The notes under the pieces: model-generated
The model's input: the letters and a program-made list of their open reading frames with translations, nothing else
Database searches by the model: none
What the model was told of the DNA's origin: nothing
Source: an uncultured Bacteroidota bacterium
Lineage (GTDB): Bacteria > Bacteroidota > Bacteroidia > NS11-12g > UBA9320
DNA length: 64,000 nucleotides
Reading direction: 5' to 3'
NCBI GenBank assembly: GCA_937124965.1
Contig: CAKZLB010000016.1
Coordinates: forward strand, 24,712 to 88,711
In this document: piece by piece, positions 17,500 through 30,239 of the stretch
Layout: the number at the start of each line of letters is the position of its first letter
How positions within the stretch are numbered: position 1 is the stretch's first letter
Program-made: the position numbers and the translations under genes

Positions 17500-17784
17500 A
17501 TGTCTAAGACGTGGTATAAAAATCGTTATTTTATTGTGTTTGCTGTGTTGGCAACATGGTTGGCGTTTTTTGACCAAAATAATTTTGTTTACCAATATCG
17601 ATTGGGAAAGCAAATAAAAGTACTACAAGACGAAAAAGAGTTTTATGAAAAGGAGATTGTTAAACTCAAAGAACAAAAGGAGTTGCTAAGTACTGATGAA
17701 GCCATGCTTGAGCGATTTGCTCGTGAGACCTATCGCATGAAAAAAGAGGATGAGGTTTTGTTTCTGCTGAAGGAAAAACCGTAA
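17500..17784 (+). CDS. Septum formation initiator family protein (FtsB/DivIC-like).
   Basis: 94 aa: an N-terminal TM, then a coiled coil, then the LERFARETYRMKKEDEVLF motif. Confidence 0.6.
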   Translation: MSKTWYKNRYFIVFAVLATWLAFFDQNNFVYQYRLGKQIKVLQDEKEFYEKEIVKLKEQKELLSTDEAMLERFARETYRMKKEDEVLFLLKEKP

Positions 17785-17820
17785 ACGCTAAGCCAGTACG
17801 CCTCGTAAGAATCTTTCTGA

Positions 17821-20097
<2,277 letters not shown>

Positions 20098-20116
20098 TCT
20101 GACATTTTGATAAAAC

Positions 20117-20152
20117 AAAAACGCCGAAGATTATTCTTCGGCGTTTTTGTTT
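20117..20152. terminator. Bidirectional intrinsic terminator.
   Basis: acgccgaag-attatt-cttcggcgt is a perfect 9 bp stem followed by a T-tract. It lies between the convergent icd gene and the 20157..20510 gene. Confidence 0.65.
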
Positions 20153-20156
20153 CTTT

Positions 20157-20510
20157 TTATTTGTGTTCTATACCTGCATCGAGATATCGACCATAACCAA
20201 TGGCTATAAAACCAAGGAGAATCACTATTGCTGGTATTATGGCTGAGCGGAAAAGAATCAACCAAAGTATTGTAATCACAATGCCAAACGAAACCATCAT
20301 CCATCCAATTTCAATCATTTCATCGTGTGGATGTAGTTCATCATGCTCATTCATTACTAAATCTTTTGCAATGTGTTCTGACAGAGATTTAGCAAAACCA
20401 TTTTCCATTAACCCATCAACCATTTCCTCATGAGACGCACCGTTAGCGCGCAATTGCATACCCAGATTGTATGCCTGTTCAACAGTCTCGTTTGGGAAAT
20501 AATCGGTCAT
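20157..20510 (-). CDS. Small membrane protein. Hypothetical.
   Basis: 117 aa with a C-terminal hydrophobic stretch. Confidence 0.5.
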   Translation of the reverse strand: MTDYFPNETVEQAYNLGMQLRANGASHEEMVDGLMENGFAKSLSEHIAKDLVMNEHDELHPHDEMIEIGWMMVSFGIVITILWLILFRSAIIPAIVILLGFIAIGYGRYLDAGIEHK

Positions 20511-20522
20511 TTGACTTCAAAG

Positions 20523-21404
20523 TTAACTAATCCCGCTTACAGCTGCAGCACGATCTACTTTTTTGATCATGCCTTGAAGTGCTCTTCCTGGGCCAACTTC
20601 AGTAAATGACTCAGCACCATCAGCAATCATGTTTTGCACACTTTGCGTCCATTTTACAGGTGCAGTAAGCTGAGCAATTAGATTTGCCTTAATTGTTTCA
20701 GGATTGTCCTCACCAACGGTCGAAACGTTTTGATATACCTTGCAAGATGGTTTGTTAAAGGAAGCATTTGTAATAGCAGCTGCAAGCTCCTCACGTGCTG
20801 GCTCCATTAATGGTGAATGGAATGCTCCTCCAACTGGAAGTGGCAATGCACGCTTGGCACCTTTTTCTAAAAGCTGTTCACAGGCTATTTTTACGCCTTC
20901 GTTACTTCCAGAAATAACCAACTGTCCAGGACAATTGTAATTAGCTGCTACAACAACTTCATCAGCGATATTGGCACAAACTTCTTCAACAACTGAATCA
21001 TCCAAGCCTAAAATTGCTGCCATAGTCGACGGATTTTGCTCACAAGCTTTTTGCATGGCTAGCGCCCGAATACTGACAAGCTTTAAACCATCTTCAAAGC
21101 TTAACACTCCAGCAGAAACCAGCGCAGATATTTCACCTAACGAATGTCCAGCTACCATGTCTGGTGTGAAGTCATCCATAGTTTTGGCCAAGATTACAGA
21201 GTGCAAAAACACCGCTGGCTGGGTAATTTTGGTCTCTTTTAGTTCTTCGTCAGAACCTTCAAACATTACATCGGTAATACGAAAGCCTAAAATTTCATTC
21301 GCTTTTTCAAATAGTGCTTTTGCCTGCTCGTTTGTTTCATAAAGCTCTTTTCCCATACCTGTAAATTGAGCTCCTTGTCCAGGAAATACAAATGCTTTTG
21401 CCAT
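20523..21404 (-). CDS. fabD: Malonyl CoA-ACP transacylase.
   Basis: The motifs FPGQGAQ and GHSLGE are present. 293 aa. Confidence 0.9.
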   Translation of the reverse strand: MAKAFVFPGQGAQFTGMGKELYETNEQAKALFEKANEILGFRITDVMFEGSDEELKETKITQPAVFLHSVILAKTMDDFTPDMVAGHSLGEISALVSAGVLSFEDGLKLVSIRALAMQKACEQNPSTMAAILGLDDSVVEEVCANIADEVVVAANYNCPGQLVISGSNEGVKIACEQLLEKGAKRALPLPVGGAFHSPLMEPAREELAAAITNASFNKPSCKVYQNVSTVGEDNPETIKANLIAQLTAPVKWTQSVQNMIADGAESFTEVGPGRALQGMIKKVDRAAAVSGIS

Positions 21405-21411
21405 TATTATA

Positions 21412-21981
21412 TTATTCTTTTATGTCTGTTGTATTAATAAATTGTCCAACGATACGGTATGATTCGATACCCATTAGTTTGGTTTCGCGATCAACGTAAA
21501 TACTATATCCTACTCCTTTCGTATAACTTATTAACGTTTTTGAGGTAGATATTTTACCGTCATCAAAAATCGTTGCCGAAAATCGTTGAACTGCTCCGTT
21601 TTCGTCTTTTAAAACTTTAAACTGTTTCACCCTTTGGTTGGGATTCGTAGTGTTAAAGACCATTGCCGTTTCGTTAGGTTCGTTTTCATGGTTTGGCTCA
21701 ACATAAGCGAAATCAGTTTTCCATACCGATGGTTTAATATCGATATCTAAAAATGGAAATAGTTCATCACTCCACTTTAAGTTTGTTACGGTATCTGTAT
21801 TTGTCAACGTATCCATTTTAGTCTGCTTAAAAAGCAATGGTTGTTTCGCATCTAATTCGGCAATTTCAGATTCGAAAAATGCATGAATGTCGACAAAAGT
21901 TTGATCATTAGTTGAAAGTGATGACTGCTGAGAGCAACCACTATAAATAGCGACAACGAGTATGAAGATAAACTGTTTCAA
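21412..21981 (-). CDS. Putative lipoprotein.
   Basis: Signal peptide plus Cys (VAIYSGCSQQ). Confidence 0.55.
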   Translation of the reverse strand: MKQFIFILVVAIYSGCSQQSSLSTNDQTFVDIHAFFESEIAELDAKQPLLFKQTKMDTLTNTDTVTNLKWSDELFPFLDIDIKPSVWKTDFAYVEPNHENEPNETAMVFNTTNPNQRVKQFKVLKDENGAVQRFSATIFDDGKISTSKTLISYTKGVGYSIYVDRETKLMGIESYRIVGQFINTTDIKE

Positions 21982-22011
21982 TGGGTCAAAAATACAGTAG
22001 AATATGGACTT

Positions 22012-23505
22012 CTATTCAATTCGCTTTAAACCATTTTTCGAGCGATGTTCGATACTCTTGCGGTATTCACGATTGTTGCTGAACGAAGTAGCCTTTTTGA
22101 AATATGTTTTTGCATTCTCGTGATCGCCTAACTTTTCATAAATCTCTCCAATATATAGAGCAGAGTATGAAGCGTAATAAACTTCTAATTGCTCACCTGT
22201 TTTAATAGATTCTTTATAAAATGCTATGGCCAATGAGTTATAACCGAGTGCGTCATAAATACGGCCTTTTCTATATGCATATTCGGTCTTGGTTAAATCA
22301 TTTGCAAAGTCATTTGCCATTAAAGGACGAATTATTTTTAGTGCTTCACTGTAGTATCCTCCGTCAAACAACAATCTGGTTTTGAGCAGTTCCCTATTCG
22401 GATTTTCAGGATTTATTCCAAACGTATGTGCTTGGTCGTCTTCTTCGAGTTCAGTGTTGCCATTTTGAACCAAAGCCTTTTTATATGAGTTATACTTCTC
22501 AATGTTACCATGTATATACGCATGCCACGCCAACTTCTGGTAACAACTTTTAACATAGCTGCTACCTTTATGATCTTTTAAATATTGAAGAAGTGACTTG
22601 TCAGCGTCTTTGTCGAGGCGCTGAAGTTTAGCTTTGCCTAACATCAGCGACATAAAAGGGATTTTGCCATACTGAGAACCAGTTGGAAGTGCTTGAACTA
22701 CGCTAATGATTTCGTTATTCTTTTTGCATTTATCGGCAAAATTTACACGAGCAAAAGCACTTAATGGATTGGTTGAATAATCAGCTGTAGTTGTTTGTAT
22801 CATATCCCAAGCGGTAACCTTGTCGTTTTTAAGATATAGATGAACAGATGCTAGATAGAACGAAGCCTCTTTTTTTATGAGCAACCATTCCGAACCAGTA
22901 TTCTCAGATTTGATAAAGGATTCAAGTAAACGAATACCCTCATTCATACTTGATTCATAGCCTAAAAATGTTACGAGTTTCTGATAGGTGCTTGGTAAAC
23001 TTCCGAAGCCAGATTTGAGAAGTCCCATTGTTTTTTTGGCAGCATGAAATGATGGATACTCTTCCAATACTTTTGAACCGTATTTATAACAATTTCGGAC
23101 ATCCTTTGCGGCTGAAATGGTATTGCCTTTTTTGCCATTAACCACAGAAGAGTAGAAATATATTTCTTCCAGTAAAAAGTCTCTATAACCGTTTGACGGC
23201 GCGTTTGATTCGAGTTTGTCAATTGCGATGTCTCTGCGATTGTCAAATGAGTCGAAAGCCGCTTGACTTTCGTTTGTTACATAGAGCAACATGCTAGAAA
23301 CGACCTGCAAATAATTCACCACAACATCATCGGGGTGAGCTTTTGCTTCTGTTAGTAAGATACTTTCAGCTTCAGATAATCGTAACTGATAAATTAGTGC
23401 TTGACTTTCAAGTGTTTTTTTTGAAAACGAAATAGAAGAGGCGACTGTAGTCGTATTGCACAATAGTATTGCACAAAGAAAAAGTAACAGCCGAGTTAGT
23501 TTCAT
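22012..23505 (-). CDS. Secreted TPR-like repeat protein.
   Basis: N-terminal signal peptide. The C-terminal helical repeats include YYASYSALYIGEIYEKLGDHENAKTYFKKA. Confidence 0.55.
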   Translation of the reverse strand: MKLTRLLLFLCAILLCNTTTVASSISFSKKTLESQALIYQLRLSEAESILLTEAKAHPDDVVVNYLQVVSSMLLYVTNESQAAFDSFDNRRDIAIDKLESNAPSNGYRDFLLEEIYFYSSVVNGKKGNTISAAKDVRNCYKYGSKVLEEYPSFHAAKKTMGLLKSGFGSLPSTYQKLVTFLGYESSMNEGIRLLESFIKSENTGSEWLLIKKEASFYLASVHLYLKNDKVTAWDMIQTTTADYSTNPLSAFARVNFADKCKKNNEIISVVQALPTGSQYGKIPFMSLMLGKAKLQRLDKDADKSLLQYLKDHKGSSYVKSCYQKLAWHAYIHGNIEKYNSYKKALVQNGNTELEEDDQAHTFGINPENPNRELLKTRLLFDGGYYSEALKIIRPLMANDFANDLTKTEYAYRKGRIYDALGYNSLAIAFYKESIKTGEQLEVYYASYSALYIGEIYEKLGDHENAKTYFKKATSFSNNREYRKSIEHRSKNGLKRIE

Positions 23506-23561
23506 TGGACAAAGATACGTGTTGTCCGAATACAGCTATGTGAAATAAACGTAAAGACTAA

Positions 23562-24341
23562 TTAAGCCTTTTTACGTCTTCTTGATTTTGGCTTTTCTTC
23601 TGGAACTTCTTCAACGATTCCTGCCATTTCTGCATCAACATTGATTCTACCACAATGTTCACAGATAACAATTTTCTTTCGTTGACGAATATCAGACTGA
23701 AGTTGAGGTGGAATTTTTGCAAAACAACCACCACATGAGCCTCTAAGAACTGGAGCAACACCCAAACCGTTAAATACATTTTTACGGATTCTTTCGTATG
23801 CTTTTAATAATTTTTCGTCTGCAGATTTAGCTGCTTTCTCTCGATCCTTATTAATTTTTCCTTCCTCTTTTTCTGTTTCTGCAGAAATTTCCTCAAGCTC
23901 TTTCTTCTTGTTTTCCAAGTCGATTTTTCGCCCTTCTAAATCTTGCTTAACTTCTTCGATTAGCTCTTGTTTTAGCTGAATACTATGTTGGAGTTCTCCG
24001 ATTTTTTTCTCGGCAGCTAACACCTCTAATCCTTGTATTTCAATCTCTTTATTTAAAGCATCAAACTCACGGTTGTTCTTTACCTTGTTTAATTGCTCGT
24101 TGTATCGCTTGCTAAGTTGTTGAGCTTGACTAATTTTTTCTTTGTTACCAACGATGTTCGATTCGAAATCGCTAATTTCTTGTTCAAAGTTGTCTAAGCG
24201 GGTCTGTAAACCAGCTAACTCATCTTCTAAATCAGCAACTTCCATTGGCAATTCGCCACGTACTGCATGTAATTGATCTAATTTCTTATCGATGGTTTGT
24301 AACTTCCAAAGACCTTGAAGTTTTTCTTCTATTGTTGCCAT
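23562..24341 (-). CDS. C4 zinc-ribbon coiled-coil protein (COG1579 family), the usual Nif3 partner.
   Basis: Coiled coil followed by CGGCFAKIPPQ...CEHCGRI. Confidence 0.8.
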   Translation of the reverse strand: MATIEEKLQGLWKLQTIDKKLDQLHAVRGELPMEVADLEDELAGLQTRLDNFEQEISDFESNIVGNKEKISQAQQLSKRYNEQLNKVKNNREFDALNKEIEIQGLEVLAAEKKIGELQHSIQLKQELIEEVKQDLEGRKIDLENKKKELEEISAETEKEEGKINKDREKAAKSADEKLLKAYERIRKNVFNGLGVAPVLRGSCGGCFAKIPPQLQSDIRQRKKIVICEHCGRINVDAEMAGIVEEVPEEKPKSRRRKKA

Positions 24342-24344
24342 AAA

Positions 24345-25445
24345 TTAGTAAAAATAATTTACCGGGTTTGTAACTGTTTTAGTGAAAAGGACTGCAAAAT
24401 TAGGCATTTTTTTCGATAAAAAGTCGACTAATAATTCAATAGTAAATTGCTCACTTTCATAGTGCCCAATGTCACAAATCATCATCCGATCTTCGCTGTC
24501 GAAAAATTCATGATACTTTACGTCGCCAGTCACATAAGCATCTGCTCCAGAGTGCATTGCCTGCTTAATTAAGAAACTGCCAGAGCCTCCACAAACAGCA
24601 ACTTTCTTAATTGAACTATGGTTTGATTGGGTGAAGCGAACCACGGTTGCATTCATGTTCGTTTTTACGTGCTGTAAGAAATCAGATGGCGATAATGCAT
24701 TATTTAACTCACCAATAATACCAGCACCAATTTCTGGAGCTTCGTTTAATAGTGGGTACAAGTCGTATGCAACTTCTTCATAAGGGTGTGCCTCAGTCAT
24801 TGCCTTGATAGCTTTCTGTTGAAGATAGTTTGTTAACACTACTTCTATCTTAACTTCTTTTTCATGATGAGACTCGCCGATTTCACCAACATAAGGTTTG
24901 CTTTCTTGTCCAGCTCGAAATGTGCCAATACCTTCAGAATTGAAACTACATTTATCGTAATCACTTATTTTTCCAGCACCTGAGTTAAATAAAGCTTCTC
25001 GAACATTTTCGGCATGAGAGGTTGGTACAAAAACCACCAATTTTGTAAGAACTTCCTTCTTTTTTGAAAGGATCTGAACATTATTAAGGTGAAGTTTTTC
25101 AGCAATTTTTTGGTTTACACCATTTTGAAGAACATTATCTAGATTGGTATGAATCGCATATATGGCTATATCATTTTTAATAGCTTTAATTATCGTTCTC
25201 TCCACGTAGTTGGAGCCATTGAATCTTTTTAAGCCTTTAAATACAATGGGGTGGTGGGCTACAATTAAATTACAGTTTCGCTCAATTGCCTCATCAACAA
25301 TTGCTTCCGTCGAGTCAAGGGAAACAAGAATCCCATTTATTTCCATTTCAGGGTTTCCAACAAGCAACCCCGAGTTATCATATGATTCCTGCAAGCTTGG
25401 ATGTGCTAATTCAGAAAGGTCATTTAGTATCGAACGTAATTTCAT
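24345..25445 (-). CDS. Nif3-like dinuclear metal centre protein.
   Basis: The likely start is MKLRSILNDL (25445). Diagnostic stretches are SGLLVGN, IVAHHPIVFKGLKR and AIYAIHTNLD. Confidence 0.85.
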   Translation of the reverse strand: MKLRSILNDLSELAHPSLQESYDNSGLLVGNPEMEINGILVSLDSTEAIVDEAIERNCNLIVAHHPIVFKGLKRFNGSNYVERTIIKAIKNDIAIYAIHTNLDNVLQNGVNQKIAEKLHLNNVQILSKKKEVLTKLVVFVPTSHAENVREALFNSGAGKISDYDKCSFNSEGIGTFRAGQESKPYVGEIGESHHEKEVKIEVVLTNYLQQKAIKAMTEAHPYEEVAYDLYPLLNEAPEIGAGIIGELNNALSPSDFLQHVKTNMNATVVRFTQSNHSSIKKVAVCGGSGSFLIKQAMHSGADAYVTGDVKYHEFFDSEDRMMICDIGHYESEQFTIELLVDFLSKKMPNFAVLFTKTVTNPVNYFY

Positions 25446-25520
25446 TTCAGTAAGACATTTGTCAATCGTAAACAAAGCAACAAAACTTTGAGGAATAGAC
25501 AGGCAAAGCTTCGGAATTAA

Positions 25521-26555
25521 TTGCAACTGAATAGCTTAAATTTTGCAACTTTGCCATCGTTGAAAGTACTCAGATACCTTTTGTGGCCATTTTCTATTCT
25601 TTACGGTTTGGTAATGGAGGTGCGAAATATGCTCTTTCGAGTTGGCGTATTGAAATCAGTAAAGTTTGATGTACCCGTTATTGTCGTAGGTAACTTATCG
25701 GTTGGCGGTACAGGTAAAACTCCGATGGTGAAATATCTGATTCAACAATATAGCAACACACATACAATCGGGGTTTTAAGTCGAGGATATGGTCGTTTAA
25801 CTAGAGGCTTTTTAGAGGTTAAGGAAAGTTCATTAGCAAAAAATGTTGGAGACGAACCACTTGAAATAAAAACGCAGTTTCCAGAAATCACAGTAACGGT
25901 TTGCGAAAATAGGGTGTTGGGTATTCCAGAAATGTTATTGATTAATCCTGATATCGACCTAGTAATACTGGATGATGCATTTCAACATCAATATGTCAAA
26001 CCCTCCTTATCCATAGTTTTGACTACATATTCAAACCCATATACTCAAGACTTTGTAGTTCCAATGGGTCGCTTAAGAGAGTTTCGAAAAAACATCAAGC
26101 GTGGGGATATGTTGATTTATACAAAGTCTCCGAACCTTAACGAAGGTTATATCGAAGAACCAATACCAACCTTTCATAGCAAGGTGGAGTATCCTGCATT
26201 AACGCGCGTATTTGGCGGTGAAAGAGAAGTTAATAGGCCAATAATCGTAAGCGGATTAGCCGATAATTCGCAGTTTCAAGAGGCACAACTAAAAAAGTAT
26301 CCAGATGCAATTTGTGCGGGTTTCCCTGATCATAGGACGTATTCTATTTCTGAAGTTAAAAAGGTCATATACGATGCTGATCGATTGGACAACAATATTA
26401 TTACAACTGAAAAGGATTGGGTAAAGTTAAAAACGTTTATACGTGAATTAAAACCCAATGTGACGGTTTGGATTCAGTCAATATCATTGGAGGTTAACGA
26501 CCCAATCAAACTCAAACAATTAATCGATAGAAAGGTCAATGGTGAAACAAGTTAA
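25521..26555 (+). CDS. lpxK: Tetraacyldisaccharide 4'-kinase.
   Basis: VIVVGNLSVGGTGKTPMV is the P-loop characteristic of LpxK. Confidence 0.85.
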   Translation: MQLNSLNFATLPSLKVLRYLLWPFSILYGLVMEVRNMLFRVGVLKSVKFDVPVIVVGNLSVGGTGKTPMVKYLIQQYSNTHTIGVLSRGYGRLTRGFLEVKESSLAKNVGDEPLEIKTQFPEITVTVCENRVLGIPEMLLINPDIDLVILDDAFQHQYVKPSLSIVLTTYSNPYTQDFVVPMGRLREFRKNIKRGDMLIYTKSPNLNEGYIEEPIPTFHSKVEYPALTRVFGGEREVNRPIIVSGLADNSQFQEAQLKKYPDAICAGFPDHRTYSISEVKKVIYDADRLDNNIITTEKDWVKLKTFIRELKPNVTVWIQSISLEVNDPIKLKQLIDRKVNGETS

Positions 26556-27312
26556 GGCGAAGAAATTTTTAGGACAACATTTTCTTAAAGACGAAAGTAT
26601 CGCCCAAAATACAGCCGATATTGTGGATCGTTTTGACGTAAAGGCGTGGTTAGAAATCGGACCTGGTATGGGTGTTCTAACCAAGTATTTAATTGAGAAA
26701 CCAATCGAACTTAAAGCAATAGAACTAGATCGTCAGTCAGTGGCTTTTTTAGAAAAAGAAATGCCCACACTTGAAGTTCATTCTGCCGATTTTTTGAGAG
26801 TAGAAATAAATCACTTGTTTACTTCAGAGTATGGTATCATTGGAAACTTTCCATATAACATTTCGTCACAAATTTTATTTAAAATCTTAGAGAATAAAGA
26901 GCACATTCCTGCCTTTTGTGGGATGTTTCAGTTGGAAGTAGGGCAACGGATTGCCGCTAAGCCTCATAATAAAACGTATGGAATCTTATCTGTTCTGGTT
27001 CAAGCGTTTTATACGGTTACATTAGAGTTTGAAATACCGCCCACCGTATTTAGCCCACCACCTAAAGTTCAGAGTGCGGTTATTTCTGGCAAAAGAATAG
27101 AACAAGACGTAGACTGGAATGTCTCAATGTTCTTTGACGTTGTTAAAACGGCGTTTCAGCAACGAAGAAAAACACTATCCAATGCTTTAAAGAAATTTAA
27201 CATACCAAAGGATTCTATACTCACTAATCAAATGTTTAAATTGCGGGCTGAGAATTTGTCTGTCGATGACTTTAAGGAGTTAACGGAGTGGATTGAAGAG
27301 CACAAGGAGTAG
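26539..27312 (+). CDS. rsmA: 16S rRNA (adenine1518/1519-N6)-dimethyltransferase.
   Basis: KAKKFLGQHFLKDESIA and the Rossmann-fold SAM motifs are present. Confidence 0.9.
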   Translation: MVKQVKAKKFLGQHFLKDESIAQNTADIVDRFDVKAWLEIGPGMGVLTKYLIEKPIELKAIELDRQSVAFLEKEMPTLEVHSADFLRVEINHLFTSEYGIIGNFPYNISSQILFKILENKEHIPAFCGMFQLEVGQRIAAKPHNKTYGILSVLVQAFYTVTLEFEIPPTVFSPPPKVQSAVISGKRIEQDVDWNVSMFFDVVKTAFQQRRKTLSNALKKFNIPKDSILTNQMFKLRAENLSVDDFKELTEWIEEHKE

Positions 27313-27315
27313 TGG

Positions 27316-28668
27316 ATGGAATCGTTTGTAATAGATAAGGAATTTGTTGACGAGTTTATTGAACTTTTAGAACTTAAAAGTGACGAGGAACTTGCGTCTA
27401 TGCTCGAGCGCTTATATCCTGCGGATATCGCTGAAATTTTTGATCATTTAGAATTGGAGCAAGCTGTGTATACGACCAGTTTGTTAGAAAGTGACAAAAA
27501 AGTTGAGGTGTTGGCTGAGTTAGAACCTGAAGTTCGTGTAAAGTTCTTCGATGGTTTTAGTCATGAATACATCGCCACAGAATTTATCCAAAATATGGAT
27601 AGTGATGATGCGGTTGACGTGTTAAGCGTACTTGGTACAACGGAGGCAGAGCAGATAATTTCGCACCTTCCAAATAAAGAAGATTCGCTATATCTAACTA
27701 GACTTTTACGATATCCAGAAGATACAGCTGGAGGTTTAATGGCGGGAGAGTTAATTAAGGTTAACATCAACTGGAACGTAAGCCAATGTACTGAAGAGAT
27801 TCGTAAACAAGCGGAAGAAGTAACACGTGTTTATACGGTTTATGTGGTCGATGATAGTGATATTTTGTTGGGATGGGTCTCGTTAAAAAAGATCATTCTG
27901 GCGAAAGCTTCGACACCAATATCTGAAATTTTTGATAGTAATATCAAATATGCCAATGTGAATGCTGAAGGTGAGGATATCGCTTCGGTTATGCAAAAGT
28001 ATGACCTCATTGCGCTCCCGATTGTCGATTCACTCAATAGGTTATTAGGTCGGGTAACAATTGATGATGTTGTTGATTTAATACGAGAAGAAGCAGATAA
28101 AGATTATCAAATGCTCTCGGGTATTAGTAAGGTTGTTGAACAAAAAGATAAAGTATGGGTTTTATCAAAGGCGAGACTTCCATGGTTAATTATAGGACTC
28201 TTTGGAGGAATTATGAGTTCTGTGGTCATCGGTCAATTTGATGGACAACTTCAAGAGAACGTTCAATTAGCGTTGTTTATGCCTTTAATAATGGCAATGG
28301 CTGGAAACATTGGCGTTCAGTCGAGTTCGATCATTGTACAAGGACTGGCCAACAATACAATTTCCAATGATTCGGTATGGAGTAAATTGGCAAAAGAACT
28401 TACAGTGGCGTTAATCAATGGACTCGTTTGTTCTGCATTGCTTCTTGGCTATGGTCTACTGGTTGGGAAATCAAACGGAATAATGAGTACTGTGAGCGTT
28501 GCTTTGTTTGCAGTGATTCTACTCGCAGCGATAATAGGTACCATCGTTCCATTAATTTTGGACAAGCTCAAGATAGATCCAGCATTAGCCACTGGACCAT
28601 TTATAACGACGAGTAATGACCTACTGGGACTTTTTCTGTATTTTGTGATTGGAAAAATGTTGATGTAG
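27316..28668 (+). CDS. mgtE: Magnesium transporter MgtE.
   Basis: MgtE N-domain, then a CBS pair, then a 5-TM C-terminus. 450 aa. Confidence 0.85.
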   Translation: MESFVIDKEFVDEFIELLELKSDEELASMLERLYPADIAEIFDHLELEQAVYTTSLLESDKKVEVLAELEPEVRVKFFDGFSHEYIATEFIQNMDSDDAVDVLSVLGTTEAEQIISHLPNKEDSLYLTRLLRYPEDTAGGLMAGELIKVNINWNVSQCTEEIRKQAEEVTRVYTVYVVDDSDILLGWVSLKKIILAKASTPISEIFDSNIKYANVNAEGEDIASVMQKYDLIALPIVDSLNRLLGRVTIDDVVDLIREEADKDYQMLSGISKVVEQKDKVWVLSKARLPWLIIGLFGGIMSSVVIGQFDGQLQENVQLALFMPLIMAMAGNIGVQSSSIIVQGLANNTISNDSVWSKLAKELTVALINGLVCSALLLGYGLLVGKSNGIMSTVSVALFAVILLAAIIGTIVPLILDKLKIDPALATGPFITTSNDLLGLFLYFVIGKMLM

Positions 28669-28669
28669 C

Positions 28670-29656
28670 ATGATAGATTTAGATGCTTCATTTGTTGCAA
28701 AAAACATCATAAAAGGGGATAAGAGATCGTTGTCGAAAGCGATAACACTTTGCGAGAGCTCGCTTCCAGATCATCAAAAACTGGCAAGTCAAATTCTAGA
28801 CCAGTGTTTACCACACACAGGCAAGTCCATTCGAATAGCTATAACAGGAGTTCCAGGCGTTGGGAAAAGTACGTTTATTGATGTTTTTGGAAACTATTTA
28901 ATTACACAGCACAACAAACATGTGGCGGTTTTGGCGGTTGATCCAACCAGTCAACAAACACGAGGAAGTATATTGGGGGATAAAACGAGGATGAATTTAC
29001 TCTCCATGAATGAATCAGCGTTCATCCGGCCTTCGCCAAGCGGTGATACACTAGGCGGGGTAGCTGCTCAAACCCGTGAATCAATATTGTTGTGCGAAGC
29101 TTGTGGGTTTGATATTATCTTGGTTGAAACAGTTGGAGTTGGCCAGAGTGAGACGTTGGTGCACGACATGGTTGATTTTTTCTTGTTGTTACTTTTGCCT
29201 GGAGCTGGCGACGAACTTCAAGGCATAAAGCGCGGTATTGTTGAAATGGCAGACATGATTGCAATAAATAAATCTGAAACCAATCCTCGCTTAGCCCAGG
29301 ACGCTTTTAGCTATTATCGAAATGCATTACAACTCATCCATAGCACCAGAAGTAATTGGCAAACGCCTGTTCAAAAAATTGATTCAGTTACCTTAAAAAA
29401 TATTGATACTATCTGGAACAAGATAAGTGAGTTTTATGCAGACCAGAAGAAGAATGGTTGGCTGGATGAGAATCGTAAAAAACAAGCTACTGCCTGGTTT
29501 GAAAAACAGATTGAGGTTGTTTTTTTACGCAGATTAAAGTCAAATGAAAATTTGCAGCAGCAAATAGAAGTATTAAGTGAAAAAGTAAAAAACGATCAAT
29601 TATCACCGAGCTCCGCAGCTTTTCAGCTAGTTGATACTGGAATGAATTTACATTGA
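28670..29656 (+). CDS. meaB: MeaB/ArgK-type G3E GTPase.
   Basis: P-loop ITGVPGVGKST. The motif LVETVGVGQSE is also present. Confidence 0.8.
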   Translation: MIDLDASFVAKNIIKGDKRSLSKAITLCESSLPDHQKLASQILDQCLPHTGKSIRIAITGVPGVGKSTFIDVFGNYLITQHNKHVAVLAVDPTSQQTRGSILGDKTRMNLLSMNESAFIRPSPSGDTLGGVAAQTRESILLCEACGFDIILVETVGVGQSETLVHDMVDFFLLLLLPGAGDELQGIKRGIVEMADMIAINKSETNPRLAQDAFSYYRNALQLIHSTRSNWQTPVQKIDSVTLKNIDTIWNKISEFYADQKKNGWLDENRKKQATAWFEKQIEVVFLRRLKSNENLQQQIEVLSEKVKNDQLSPSSAAFQLVDTGMNLH

Positions 29657-29701
29657 TGTTTCTGCTTCAATAAGTAACGCTTTTAAAACTTTTAGCTCTT
29701 C

Positions 29702-30208
29702 TTATTTTACAACCCACGTGTCGGACCACTTGTCATGCCAACCACGACTTCTATCGCCAAAACAACTGTATGGTTCTAAAGGTACAAGCCTTAATAATGA
29801 TCTCATAATTAATTGTCGAGTCGATGGTTTATTGCCATACTGGTCTATAACAACTGTATTGTTGAGCATTTTCCCTGGGGTTTGTTGCCATTTATTTTCA
29901 AAAAGAAAATAAAACAAAGGATAAATTAGAAATATTATAATACCTGAAATAAACTCTGAAATTTGAAAAAATACGGGGTCTGTGATGGTTTCCAGCGTCA
30001 ATGCAAAAATCAATGATAATAAACTAAACAAAAACATAAAAACGATACTATCAATGAAAAAGTGCCCAAACCTAGCTCCTCCCGAAACAGTTCTGACTTC
30101 GCGAAATCTTGAATATTGCTCTTTTGTTCTAACTCGATTTCCGTTGCGATCTCGGTAAAAGCTTGGTCTAAAACGAGTTTCTTTTAAATCGGTAATTTTT
30201 AATTTCAA
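29702..30208 (-). CDS. RDD-family-like membrane protein.
   Basis: 168 aa with 3 TMs. ...QQTPGKMLNNTVVID resembles an RDD domain. Confidence 0.45.
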   Translation of the reverse strand: MKLKITDLKETRFRPSFYRDRNGNRVRTKEQYSRFREVRTVSGGARFGHFFIDSIVFMFLFSLLSLIFALTLETITDPVFFQISEFISGIIIFLIYPLFYFLFENKWQQTPGKMLNNTVVIDQYGNKPSTRQLIMRSLLRLVPLEPYSCFGDRSRGWHDKWSDTWVVK

Positions 30209-30239
30209 TGGTGGTTTTGGTTAGTGATGTATTAAAAAA

